From Amoebophrya sp. A120 (taxonomy: Eukaryota > Protista > Dinoflagellata): 64,000 nt of DNA. Of this stretch, positions 12,085 to 24,580 are shown piece after piece. Below the pieces are notes generated by a model. That model was given only the letters and a program-made list of their open reading frames with translations, was not told the DNA's origin and made no database searches. The stretch is from the NCBI GenBank assembly GCA_905178155.1, contig CAJINV010000011.1, positions 1,887,939 to 1,951,938 of the forward strand, written 5' to 3'. Each line of letters begins with the position of its first letter. Positions within the stretch are counted from its first letter, which is position 1. The translations under genes and the position numbers were made by a program.

Positions 12085-13251
12085 TTACGGATCAAACCCT
12101 CTAACCATCCGCAGAATCTCCGCGTCACTGAGGTTTTGCAGGAACCGCGAGGGCTGCTGTGGGCGGATTTGTGCCATTGTGTCGCGAATGAACTGGTTGT
12201 CGCGGGTCTCTTGGTCGGGCTTTTCCAATGGGTGGTTGTCAGAAGAAGCATCCTTCTCGGTTGGAGCGGGCAACTGCGACTGGGCGCATGCTACGTCTGT
12301 TCTTGTAGCAGGTTTCTGTAGTTCATCCTCAGCTTTCGCAGCTCGAGACGAAAAGCTGTTGACGCCTCCGGCCGCATCTTTTCCATCCACATTTGCATCT
12401 GCTGCCTGGAACCCGCCCCAGTCATTTATCTCTGCCGTCTCATCGAGGATGAAATCTTGATCCGCATTCGTCGCACCATAAGTAGGTTGTTTCCTACACG
12501 TCGCATTGGCGTTGTAGTTCTCGGCCGCTGCAACTTCATTATCCAGACTGTCCGTGAAGATACCGCTGAAAGGTGTCGTTACAAACGCTGCGCGTGCTCG
12601 GAGGTCCTGCGCAGCTTCTACTCCCAACGGCGATTCATTTTCCTCTCCAGAACTGTAATCTTCCCCTTGTACCAATTGGCCTTGCTCACCGCCCGACACA
12701 TGTATTTGCAGCAAGCCGTCCTCCCCCGGTGAGAGCTGCTCCGCGCTGGCGTCGTCACTGGGGCTGAGATTTGGAGTGGAATTTGGTGTCGCCGTACTTG
12801 TCCCTGCTCCGACCAATGTCGCGTGGTCCTGGGTAATATTGTTGTTGAAGAGCTGCATGTTGTTGAGGTTCGCTGCAAGAGTGTCAATTGGCGTGGTGCT
12901 GTAGCTGTTGTTCATCTCGTCGTCGTAATTATTTTCAAGACCGTCATCAGGAGCACCATCAGCATCAAAATCTCCATCTACTCCGGGTGACAAGACCGCA
13001 TAGCCTGCGTCGGCAGGGTCTATGAAATTATCATCCTGCTGGAGGTGGTGGTCCTCGTCTTCGCTGTTCACATTTGCAACTGTTCTGTTCGGGCTGCAAC
13101 TACTGTTTTCCAACGACACAACGTGACTGTACTCGCGGTCGAGCTTCTGCAGTTCGCGTGCAACAATGCGATCCACCTCCTCGGGCGTGAGACGCCTCGT
13201 TTCCGTGGGATCGTCTTGTACTTGTGCGGGTACCGGGGTAATAGCGGCCAT
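12085..13251 (-). CDS. Acidic low-complexity protein; C-terminus weakly resembles MEA1
   Basis: 388-aa single ORF; C-terminal FIRDTMAQIRPQQPSRFLQNLSDAEILRMV recalls the MEA1 C-terminal motif (weak, by eye). Confidence 0.6.
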   Translation of the reverse strand: MAAITPVPAQVQDDPTETRRLTPEEVDRIVARELQKLDREYSHVVSLENSSCSPNRTVANVNSEDEDHHLQQDDNFIDPADAGYAVLSPGVDGDFDADGAPDDGLENNYDDEMNNSYSTTPIDTLAANLNNMQLFNNNITQDHATLVGAGTSTATPNSTPNLSPSDDASAEQLSPGEDGLLQIHVSGGEQGQLVQGEDYSSGEENESPLGVEAAQDLRARAAFVTTPFSGIFTDSLDNEVAAAENYNANATCRKQPTYGATNADQDFILDETAEINDWGGFQAADANVDGKDAAGGVNSFSSRAAKAEDELQKPATRTDVACAQSQLPAPTEKDASSDNHPLEKPDQETRDNQFIRDTMAQIRPQQPSRFLQNLSDAEILRMVRGFDP

Positions 13252-13769
13252 GTTTCAACAAAGGTATGCGGATGGGATCTCAACACGAAATAAATTTGAA
13301 AAAAGGAACAAATAAGTACGCAACCGGAAGGAACGTCTACTTCGTTTTGTTCACCTTGGCTTTTAGTTCTCCTAGAACTCGCTCGGTCTTCAAAAATCTT
13401 TAATATGTGTAGACCGATGAGCCGTACGATCTAGTTCGCTGACGCTGCCAATGCAACAAACTAGCCAAATCCGGGATAGTGAAAACGCGCAGCGGACTTC
13501 ACGGCGGGCATGTGGTTCATAGTGATAGTTTGCATTTATTGTTCCAACATCCTTATAAAAATGGTCATCCAAAGTCGGAAGCGGAACTTAAAATCTCCAT
13601 GTACAGACATTGGTGTCTTTAAGTCGAATAGAGCCATCTCACATTTCGTGATCTCAACAAGAACGGCAAGTGCATCATGATCCCAACAACCTCGAATTTC
13701 ATCGCAACACAAAAGAACTGGGCAACATGAACATCTTGCTCAATGACATGATCTGATATGAACAAACAG

Positions 13770-16499
13770 TTAGGAGAGTTGGTAAGAAAATGTCGTGGAA
13801 CAATCGCAGACGTGGTGGCCTGCGGTCCACCTCAACCTCCGGCTCATTTACTTGGCCACACACACGCCCATACAGAGACGGCAGGCCCCTCAACAAGGAA
13901 GATGCGGCGCAGACCGGCACTGGCCGATGACAAACAAGCACGCAAGCTGCGCACACAGACCACAGCCCCTCGGATGCACAAACGGCACGCAAGGGCCGCA
14001 CACTCCCGCCGCAAGCGAGCAGCGCCGGCGCCTGGGGTGCGTGGCGCTGCTAAGAAAGAAAGCCCAGGCAGGATGGCCCCGGCAGTTCGGCGATAACAAA
14101 CCGGAAACGCAATATGCACACTCCGGCCGCCCGAAGCCACTGAGCCGGCCGCCGGGTCGATCGCACGGCGCGCACGCAGCATGCGGCAGGGGCGTGGGCA
14201 GGCCGGCCGCCCGACGCCCCCGGCCGGGCGCAGCCACATCAAAACAAAGAAAACAAACGAGGCGCCGCGCAGCGGCGGCGAGGCAGCCAGCCAGACCCCA
14301 CACGCAAAACCTGCGCGAGTGCGGCGCTTCCTTGCCTTTTCTTCTGCATTTTGTCATAGCCAAGGCCTGGATGCACTCCTGCGGCAGCGATGCATGCGGC
14401 CACGGCTCCCGCGGCTGAAGTCCGAACCACCCCTGTCCTCGCGCGCAGGCAGACTGACGGCCCAGGCCGCCGGCCGCCTCAGATCTATCACAGGGCCCGC
14501 CGGTCGTTTCCCTGTTGCTCGCGGCCGGGCGATTGCGATCGCTTTCGGTCTGCCGGGCTGCCTTTCGCCTTTTCTGCGGGCGGCGGCTCCCGCAAGGCTT
14601 CCACGGCCGGCCGTCGCGTGGCGCTTTGGTGCATCGTGGAAAAAGACGGCCGCCATCCGTGGCCTCTTCGCCTCTTCTGCCACATCAGGCACGCTGTGCC
14701 GCGCCGCGCCTCAGCATACGTGTTTTTCAGACGCCTCCTGTGCATCTATCCTATGCCAACAGATTAATGAGTAGTTGGTTGCGTGTCATGCAACATCAGC
14801 AACATGCAATCCCCTCAGACAATCACAGAGATAGGCATCGCTCCAAACCCTTAGTACGTCGGATCATGACTCTGCTCTTCTGTGTTGCTGTCCTAGCGTT
14901 ATTTATTTCTCTTCTTCTCTCAAAAGCCGTACACGCTTGGCGCTACATGAATCTCGATGGAAGGCCCGCCGCAGGAGAACACAAGGAAGCGACTCAGCAC
15001 TGCAGCTGTACTACCTCGTCTTCTGTCCAAGCTACAGACCTCGTCCCGAGTTAGTTCTTCCAACAAACTGAGCTGCTTTGCGAGCGACTGATCATGTGGT
15101 CGCGGTCGCGAACGCGTAGGCGTAGATGCATACTACGTACACGGCAGCTACAGCAAGATGCGGCGCCGGCCGGCTGCGGCACTGGCCGCTGCACGGTAAG
15201 CGCTCGTGCTGAGCGCACAGACCGCGCAATGAAAGCCGGCACACAACGCCCGCGCACCAACACCACACACGAACCGCGCCAAAGGGCTACATAGCCCAGG
15301 CAGACGGGGGGCGGCTCGAAAATAAACACAAACAGGCCAGCCACGGCGGACCGCCCGGCGCCATGGGCTCGGCCGCCAAACCGGCCGCGCGAAATGCGGC
15401 AGGGGGGGGCGATGGCGGCAAAAGAAGATCGGTTCACAACTTTGCTCACAAAATTGCCGACACGAAACCGATCCTGCGTCTCCTTCCATTCTGACTCCGA
15501 ACCTACAAAATTACTTTCACTATTCGACGAGCTGATTACTGGGATCCGGGCCCCGAGGGTTGGAAACTCTCCCGCACCGGAAAGCAGATATCGCCGAGAG
15601 CCGGGGCGGGCGGCAGGATGGACGGCGCCGCCGGCCGGCCGGGCACAATCAAAATCATGGCGCCCCCAGGGGGGGCCTGAGTTCTCTGCTCGCCAGCCAG
15701 CCTCTCTTCGGCTCGTGCCGCTCGCCTCCGCCAGCTTCCCGTCGGACGTATCTCCACTGACTGAGCCATCCGTGCCTCCCAGCAAATGGCCCAGCGCGTC
15801 CAGCTGTTGTTCCGCCCGCACACCGACGACACAAGGGGCGGCCGCTGTCTTGTCTAGATAGACCGCGAGCCAGTTGCGCCGCGCCTCCGTCCGCTGCCAT
15901 AACCAACGTGGCGCCAAAGAGAGCGTAGCTGGGGCAGGCGCGGCCGCCTGTTTAGGTCGCGCCGTCACCTCTGTTGCTGGGTCATCGCGGGGCAACGCTC
16001 CGCAATATCCATCATCTCTTGCGAGTCTCACGCCTCAGGAAGTACTTGCATCTCTTTCTCTACCTATCTGACTCTGAGTCTGACGCAACCAAACAAATAA
16101 CTTTCGCTCCAATCACACGACGCAGCATCAGCAGCAGACGCTCCTGCTCTCAGGCCATCTTACAAGTAGCATGGCTCCACCAGGCTCGCAATACATACAA
16201 GTGCTGTGTTTCCTTCTCCGCAACCACTCTGCTCTAACTTGAAATGCTGCTGTACCACGCATTTACTTAGATTATCTGCATCTCTCACTCTCTGTGTCTG
16301 TCCCTTTGCGCTCAGAAGAGTTCAATGGAATAAAGCCGTTAGAGAACATCATAGGTGACTTCTTCTACAGACTCATTTTATAGTAGCTGATCTTTTCGTT
16401 CTATTTCCAAATACGCACCTCAGTCCGAGTTATTGTAGTTCTTCTAACAAACTGAGCTGCTTTGCGAGCAGCAGATCATGTCGCGGTCGCGGACGTGTA
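13770..16499. repeat. Highly diverged tandem duplication, unit ~1.35 kb
   Basis: Clear ~80-bp match 15038-15118 vs 16417-16499 (tagttctt..aacaaactgagctgctttgcgagc..gatcatgt..cgcggtcgcg). Weaker collinear anchors: agcccaggcag at 14061/15294 and gca.catcagca.ca at 14790/16121. Confidence 0.5.
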
Positions 16500-16633
16500 A
16501 TAGTGCGAAGTGTCTGAATGGTCACACAAATCAACTCACTCTCTGTCGGGCTCGGGTGAAAGTGAAACTATGGCATTGTGTTCGCTGAAAATAACGGACC
16601 TCGAAACTTCACCAGGCAACTTTTTACTACCCC

Positions 16634-19600
16634 TCAAGCCTTCATCCGTTTGACTTGGCTTCCGCTTCCCTCCACCCCGGGAGCTACTACCGATTTGCTC
16701 CTTGCAATAAGGTCTCGTGCACTCACCGCGGACAGAGAGAGCGAGTCTTTGAGTTGCAACGCGGCGCTGTCGATTCTTTCGCTTCGCGTTGCCAGCCCCA
16801 AAGAGAAGTAGTTCCACCTCTCATACGCGGAAAGAATCGGATTTTGATGGTCTATTCTCCGCGTTGATGTTGATGAATTACCCAACGCATTATAATTTCG
16901 ATCGCGCACAGAAGTGCTACTCACAACTCCGACGCTACTTGCACCTTGTCTGTGGACCTGCTTCCCCGCCAGGACGAGGTCATGATGTTCGGCTTCGGGA
17001 GGTTCATTGGCATTGTCATCCGGTCGTGGTCTACTACTTCCGAAAGAAGAACTTACACCCGGCGCCGACATTCCACGTCGCGTCCGCCTGACGGCCGGAA
17101 TAACAACTGCCCGGTTGTTCAACAGCCGCTCCCCAGCCAAGGCGAATCCGTAAAAGTTCAATTGGTCCTCGAAGGTAGAATTGTAGTAGTTACTACTCCC
17201 TGTCCCTCTAGAAGCTGCTGCTCCTGCTGCTGTACTTCTACCACGAGAAGCCATCAATCCTCCTGCTCTCCCGACCGCGACACCATTCGCCAGCGCCAAC
17301 ACTTTTTCCCTCCCCTCGCCTATATACTGAGATAGTAAAAACTTCTGCTCCAGGTCGCGCCGGCCGAGGAACGCGCGCTCCTCCGAGGCCTGCGCAAAGG
17401 AGAATCGCCAATCCTGGTACTTTGTCGCCCCGGCGTTCACGCGGGCGTCTAAACCGAATTTCAGCGTGACCGGGTCCGGGTTGGGGAAATCCAAATCGTT
17501 TGCGAGTTCCGCAAAGTCCGGCGGCACGGCGTACATGTTCGAGACCTCCCGAGGCTCCGCGCTCATCCACGCGGCGGTCGATTTGTTGTAGAAAAGCGTG
17601 CCGGAGGACGTGGCCAGGAAGGATTTCGGATCTCCTGTGGAAGAGTACGTTTTGCTGGAGCTGGTTTGGGTTTCCAGGCACACCACCCCGGACGGTAAAA
17701 CGTAGATCTTTTTCGGCACAACCGGGAGCGGTGCGGTGATGGTGTGCACGCGAAGGTGGAAATCGAGAACAATGACACGCTGGACCGGAGGGAGAATAAG
17801 TTGGGACAGCATTGTAGTTGTGTCGGCCGCGGCGATAGTCTGTGCAGAGTGGGTTTTGGGGTTGTTGTAGCACTAAGTGCAAATTCAAGAAACTGACACT
17901 TCGTTCAATGATCTTCGTAGCATACAGCTATACACAAGTCTCAATCTTCATGTCGCTTCAGTTACTTCTCGTCAAGCTCAACAAGTCGTGCAGATGAACC
18001 CTATCAAAAGGAGAACAAGCGATAAATGATCAAACTTTACCGTACGAAAAAACAACAACTATGTACCTGCTCAGGCATCCCGACCGCAACCAAAAACGCC
18101 GACGTTTTCGACACGGAAAGCATTTCGACCGGAAAGGGCAGCAGCACCGGCGGCAGGCAGCACACGCCGCTTTTGAAAAGCCCCAATTTACATGCCTCGA
18201 ACACGACAAATGCGAGGGTCGTGTTCGGCACCCGGTGGATGAGAGTGACCAATTGTAGAGACGGCTGCTCGCGGTAAACCAACTCGTTTTCGCTACTGAC
18301 GGGAAACTGTTCTTTGCTCGCAATGCCGAAAGAGTAGTAGTAGAGGGGGGACGTCGTCGAGAGATTGTTCCTCCGGTGGTCCCTTTCGAAACTAGGTGGT
18401 GACGGGACGAGACGACCGGCCATCACTTCACGGTTCATGGAAGTCGTGAGAAACGCCATCGCGTCGTTCTCCTGCTCTTCCACGGTGTCAATCTCATCCG
18501 CAAGCAAGGCCACCTTCTGTTCCTCCTCAACTATGAGCCCGGGCTTCGTGTTCGTCTGCACGGCGGAACGGTCTTTTTCGTCCTGCTCATCATTGGTCGT
18601 TTTGCTTCTCTCTTTGTTCTCCGAAGACGGAGAAGTGTTGGTCGAGGCAGGATTTATCTTAGAAACAGGTCCATCTTGCTGTACCTCCGATGCTGAAGGG
18701 AGCAAGATCCGCGCGTAATAGTTCGCGATCTCTGCTCTGGTTGTCGCGGAACATTCGGGGGTCGCAAACTTTTCCAAAACATTCCTTATAACGAGTCCCT
18801 GTTTCACGGAAATCCCTGGTCGTGCACCAGTTCCATCCTCCTGCGCAGTTGCGATGTAAGAGGACATGATCTGCGGGCTGTCTGTCAAGGTGAGCAGGGC
18901 ATCGAGCAAGGGTTCGGGAAGTCGGTGGAGGACACCTCCAGGGTCCTCGGTTTCTTCCTCTAGCTTCTTGAAGGGTTGATGCTGTCGAGGAAACGAAGGT
19001 AGTTGTGCTGGTACCACCACGTCAAGCACTTCACCTGATGGTCCCAAAAATGTAGGAATGGAAAAAACTACAGATTTATTGGATGCGTCGGCGCGAGGGA
19101 CAATCGCAGGATGAAACCGGCGGTTAATCGCTTTTTTATGTTGCGTCTTTGCTAGAGAAAGCCCGGCCGGAGTTCTACTTGATGATGCCAAATCTTCCAG
19201 AAGCGACTCCAACAAGTGGAGCTCGTCCTTAGACAATGAAGCCGCTCTGCTTTGTTCAGGTGCGGAGTTTATTTTGCTGTGATGTTTCTGGGGCTCTTTC
19301 ACGGAGGTTTCCATAATGCCAGCGACAGGAGATCCGCCAAACAGCGCGTCCGCCAGATCATTCACGAAATCGAAATCTATATCACCGGCCGCATTAAACA
19401 AGCTGTCGAAATTCGCAGTTGCTTGGTCCAGATCGAATTCGATTGTGTTCTCTGTCACTTCTCCTGCGCTAGAAAACATGTGGTCAGTGTCATCTTCACC
19501 TCCTCCTGTAACAAGGAATTCCCGACCAATCACATTACCCGGCGCGCGCTCACCTTCTTCCTCTTCGCCCACCGCTACCTGGTCATGATCTTCGGTACCA

Positions 19601-22600
19601 CTTCTATCTTCCTGAAAAATCGCATCCACGGCCGCTGCGAACTCTGTCGTGTCATTAGTGAAATTCGCCTCAACCATCGCCCGATGCAGCTGCTGCTCCG
19701 CTCGGTACTCGGTGTCGTTTGCGAAAAGCCGCGTCATCAAGACCGGCTCGACTAGCTTGCCATGCGGAGAGGACGCTCCTGTTGCGCGACTTCTGAGCAA
19801 GGCAGAAGATGTTGACGCACCTCCCATTGCTCCATGACCAAAGTGCTGATGTTCCTGCAGTTCGGGCTGTTGTAACATTTCATTTTCATCGTAAAAACCC
19901 CCAACCACAGGAGCCGCACTGCTATTCGAAAGCGCCATGGCTTGTTCCTTCTCCATTTCCTTCTCAATGAAGTCGGGCGAGTGGATTTTCTGGAAATATT
20001 CCACGTTCACGTTCGTCGCTTTATTCAGCCACCGGCTGCTGCACCGCAAAAACGCGCAGTAGCCGTTGTGCCCGCAGAGGAAAATCGTTTGGCAGTCGTT
20101 GGAAAGCAGAATGTCCTGGATCGGGCCCCACCGGTCGGGACAGAGTTCGCTGATGGTCAGAAGTGGTGCGTCGTTGTTGCTGCTCCAGATCGCCAGAGCG
20201 TTGTTTTTGTTCGACACAGTGAGCAACAAAGAGACGGGCTCAAACTTTGCGTTTTCGGAGATAGTGGCGGTGGTGGTTTTTCCGAGAGTACTAGTCTTCG
20301 TCTTGTTTTTATTTCCATCAGGAACAACAAGCTGCTGACCACCACCTTCTTTCGAGGACGTTGAAGGAGCGACTACGCGCTGGCGACAGAGTGGTCCGTG
20401 CACGACGTGCGAGATCCGGTCCATCGCACTGGGAATCCGGATTTCTGCCAGCGCCTTCCCCCAGTCGTCGCGCGAGAAGATCGGGGCGTAGTAGTTCGTT
20501 TTGTCCGGCAGCCGCGGGTCAATGGTTTCCCCGTAGGGCAAGACACAACTTGCACCGAGCGGGTCCCAGCTCGGCCGCGCCGAGACCTTCATGCGCGCCC
20601 GGTTGCGCGCGCTCATGTCCGGCCAGGTACCCTCCGCTAGTTCTTCGCGCAAGTGCCACTTGGATGAAGAAGAAGATGCAGTTGCAGCAGCCTTCTGTTT
20701 AGACGTATGTTTCTTACTGGTGTTGAACACCTCCACCCGTGTCCACACGAAGGGAATCACGTTCCCGTGCACGGACTCGTGCATGCCCACCACCGTTCTC
20801 CCCCACGGGTCGAGCTCGCCGCCCAGCCACTTGTCGAGGCCGTCCTCGAGGTCTTTGATCGTCAAGTCGTTCAGCCGGCTCTCCGCTTGTTTCAACAGGT
20901 AACTCGCGGACTTGCCCCGGTTCTGGAACAGATTTTCGTACTTATTCTTGCTGGAAGAGGAGGATATCCCTTGAGGTCCATTGATGTTCATCATCTCCAA
21001 ATTGTTGTCCACTCTGGATGAACCAGTGTTAAAGTGCGCCTGCATCTCCCGGGCCTCCCGCCGGACGCGGAACATGTACTGGTATTTGCTGATTGCCGCG
21101 TCGTCCACGACAAATTTGTGCAATTTTTCTCCCGTCGCGACGTCCAGGAGGTGCAAGTCCGCGAAGTCCGTCACGACAAGCAGCTCCCGCGGATTCGCTT
21201 TGTTCCACGACAAATCGACAATGCCGCAGGTCCGGCTCACCGTACTGGTAAACTTGAAGGACTTGACCCGCTTCCAGTTTCGCATGGGAAGGTGCCGCAA
21301 ATCTTGTGCTTGGCTCGAACGGGTGCCGGCGCTCGCACCAAAATGATTCTCGTCATTCGCCAAACCAGAAGGACCACCAGAACTCTGATCTGCCTTGTAG
21401 GTGTAACTACCCGGCTTGTAGAGGAAGACGTGGCCGTCCGCGCCGCCACTGGCAAGCACCGGCTCGGAGGGGTGCCACCGCACCCGCTGCGCCGCGTCGT
21501 AGTGCTCGGTGAGACAGGACAACTGCGTGACAGAAAAGGCGTCTTTCGTCGCGTGCCACTCCAACGTGTAAATCCGCACCTTGCTGTCCAGTGTCCCCGT
21601 CGCCAGCATCTCCGCCGTCCGGTTTTGGCAGGTCGTCACGTCCATACACAAAACCCGGCGGGTTTCGTCGGTTAGTTCGGGAATCTCGCCGACAGTAACC
21701 TGCCGGGACTCCTCCTGCACGACCGCGTCTTGATTTGGTGCTTCGACGAAGGAGGTCGTGGGATCATGTTCTTGCCCCAGTTCCTTACTGCTTGTTTTCC
21801 CGACAATTTTATCACTTCGCGCGACCGCGACTGAAACCGCCGTGGCTTCTTTCACCTGCATAGTAGTTCTAGAGTTCTTGTTGTATCTTTCCGCCTGTTC
21901 TTGCAACGCGACGCTGTCGTCGGAATTTTCACTGTCCGAGTCAAATTCAGGTTGAAAAGTCACCTTTTTCGACGTCGACGAGCCTTTAACATTTGCAGCC
22001 TTTTTTTTGATGTTCTGCCGAGCTCTCGTACCAAAAACTCCAGCAGAACTGTTGTTCTCCACCTGGTCCTCGCCGGCCTCGGCGTCGTCTGCAGTGGCAG
22101 TTGCAGCAAACTCCAATTCGCCAGCTGCCAGAAGCGCTTTCAGTTCTTCGCGTTCGCTCATCAATGGTGCGTGATCAACGAGAAGATCGGTTAGGAGTGT
22201 GATCTCTTCGAGAGACAGGTCGGAGACAAGAGACTTCAGCACAGAAGATGTGGTCCTCGTCTCGGATATGGGAGAAGGAGATGTAGTTGCTGTTTCGTGT
22301 TCGTCTGATTCGCGACGGGCAATGCCAGTGCTCCTGTCCAGATGAACGTTGGCTCCCGTCGCACTATTGCGGGCGCCGGGGGAATTATTCGAGATAGAAT
22401 TTTCACCTGTTGTGGCAACCGCGACGAGAGTGGTGGTCAAATCTGCAAGCACTTTTTCCCGGTAATCTCGAGGCCCTGCCAAAACGTTGGAGATGAGTTG
22501 AAGCTTTGCATCCTGCTTCAAAGCTGTCTTGACCTCTAACAACCAGGAGCTACTGATCTTTCTGGCGTTGTGGTCGAATGTGGATGATCTTGACGCGGCT

Positions 22601-23427
22601 GCAAAATCTGGCGCGTCTGTTGTTGTTCTTGACGAGGTGTAAAGATCTCTTCCGTCCGTGAAGATGAGGTGAGAGTCGTGCCGTCCTGAAGGTGAAACTG
22701 GTGGAGAACCACGTCCAGTGGCTGTGGTTTTCTTCGTCTTCGACTTCTTTTTATTCTCCCCGTGAGTCTCGTCAGGGTCTTGGTGAAGTAGAGCAAGCCC
22801 CTCCTCAGTCGCCGCCGGTCTGGAAGATGTTGAAGCTGCAACATTTACTCTCGCGGACGAGGAGCTGCTTCCTCCCTCCTGGAAAAGCTGAAACGCAGGC
22901 AAAGGCAGCTGCAAAGTGGAAGCTAGTAGCTTTGCCGTTCTGGGAGATATGGGCCCAGAAGCGGGTGTTGCTGGATCGTCTCCTGCTTCATCACTTCTAT
23001 CCGCAGCGATGCTAGAAGCGGCCTCGTGGCCCAACTCCTGTGCTGCAGGTGCACCAGGAGGTTTCTGATCATTTTCGTCGTCTTCATCTTCCGTAGCGTC
23101 ATCCTGAAGCGCTTGTTCTTCTCTCGCTCGAGTGATCGCAGCCTGGCACTTTGCGCGAAAAGTTGTGAGGACCGCATGGTTCGTGTTGTTTCTGGCTGGG
23201 ACAGCAGGAGGCCCAAGCGGCCTGTTGTCGGTCGGCGGCCGGCGGTCGTTGTTGTAAAAGCGAGAATTATGGTTGTAGTAGTTGTCGTTTGGCGGCCGAC
23301 GGCCGTATCCGTAATTTGAGCCGCGAGAGTTGTAATTGTAGTTGTGGTCGTAGTCGTGGTTGCGCCCCCGGCGGTGGTCGTTGTTGTAACCGCCGCGAGA
23401 CTGGTTATTGTAGTACTGCTGCGCCAT
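16634..23427 (-). CDS. HIRA: HIRA-like WD40 histone chaperone with long N-terminal extension; 2 exons
   Basis: ORF 18037-23427 has LATGTLDSKVRIY, LTEHYDAAQRVRW..LASGGADG, NWKRVK, IVDLSW, RPSWDPLG, APIFSRDDW, ALAIWS..PLL and IFLCGHNG in HIRA motif order. GT-AG intron 17840-18066 joins in frame to ORF 16634-17812. Confidence 0.7.
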
Positions 23428-24580
23428 GATGAGGGGATATCAAACTCAGGAATGGCTGGAGAAAGTTGTTCTATGTATTTTTGGCGGGGAAAGTAGAACA
23501 GAAGCAGATCTACAATCCACCATGAATCCGAAAATAGAAATACATGGCGGTAATCTTCTTTTGAAAAAGCGTAAAGAACTCATAGTGAGTAGCTACAGTG
23601 TAAAAGCGTCGCTGAATTGAAAGGGATATAAGCCTTACGTGTACTGCGTGACCCGCCTGCGACAGGAAATAAACGAATAAAACTTTGTTAATGGAAGTGG
23701 GTGGTTGACAAAGTTTCTCTCGAACCAAAATATCAACAGGATCGCACGGAATGTATCTGTATGTGTTGAGGAGCGTTTGTGCTGCTTGTGTGTTTGTTCT
23801 GAACGTGAAGATCTTGCCATGACTTCGTTTCGTCACCACATCTTGTTCAGAACCAGGAGTTCACATAGTACAGCCTACGCGGTACTTTGTCTAGAAGTAC
23901 GGCCCTCTTAGCATAAAATCTATTCGGGCCGGACGAACTGTGGTGTGAAGGGCGATCCAGAACGCCATCGAAGGACTTTGAACTAAAACGTCGAACTCGC
24001 TGACAGGAGCAGGACATATTGCCTCCCTGCTTAAAATGTAAACAAGGCACGGCACCAGCGATGCGCAGGTATGTAGGTCTTGTTTCTTGTGATACAATTT
24101 CGGTATGTGAAGATTTGATGCAAGATAGAAAGACTCGCTTCATTTCTTGTTTCTATATGTGCAAAGGTGAACCGATAATAAGAGGGATACAAACAATTTA
24201 TGAGTTGCACTAGACGTGTGTAAGTGATAAACAAAGATAAAATCCAAAACATAGCTACATTGCTTGAGAAGGATATCCTCGTAGCTCCATGGGCATGAAT
24301 TCTGAATCTGAATACCATACGTGGAAGCGGGCATACAGACAAAATTTCCATTAATTGCATGTGCACGGCTAAAAATTTCGCCTACTTTGCGGCACGGGAT
24401 ACGCGTCGCGAGCGCACATAATGAAAGAGAAAGAGAAGACACACGAATGAATGCCAAGAATGGCGATAAAAGGACAAAATCGAAAAAAATTCCGTACACT
24501 TTTTTGATTTATTCTTACCGCTACAATAAATCAGAACCAAGTGGCCACAGAACCACGACTCCAAGAATTATTCCCATCGC

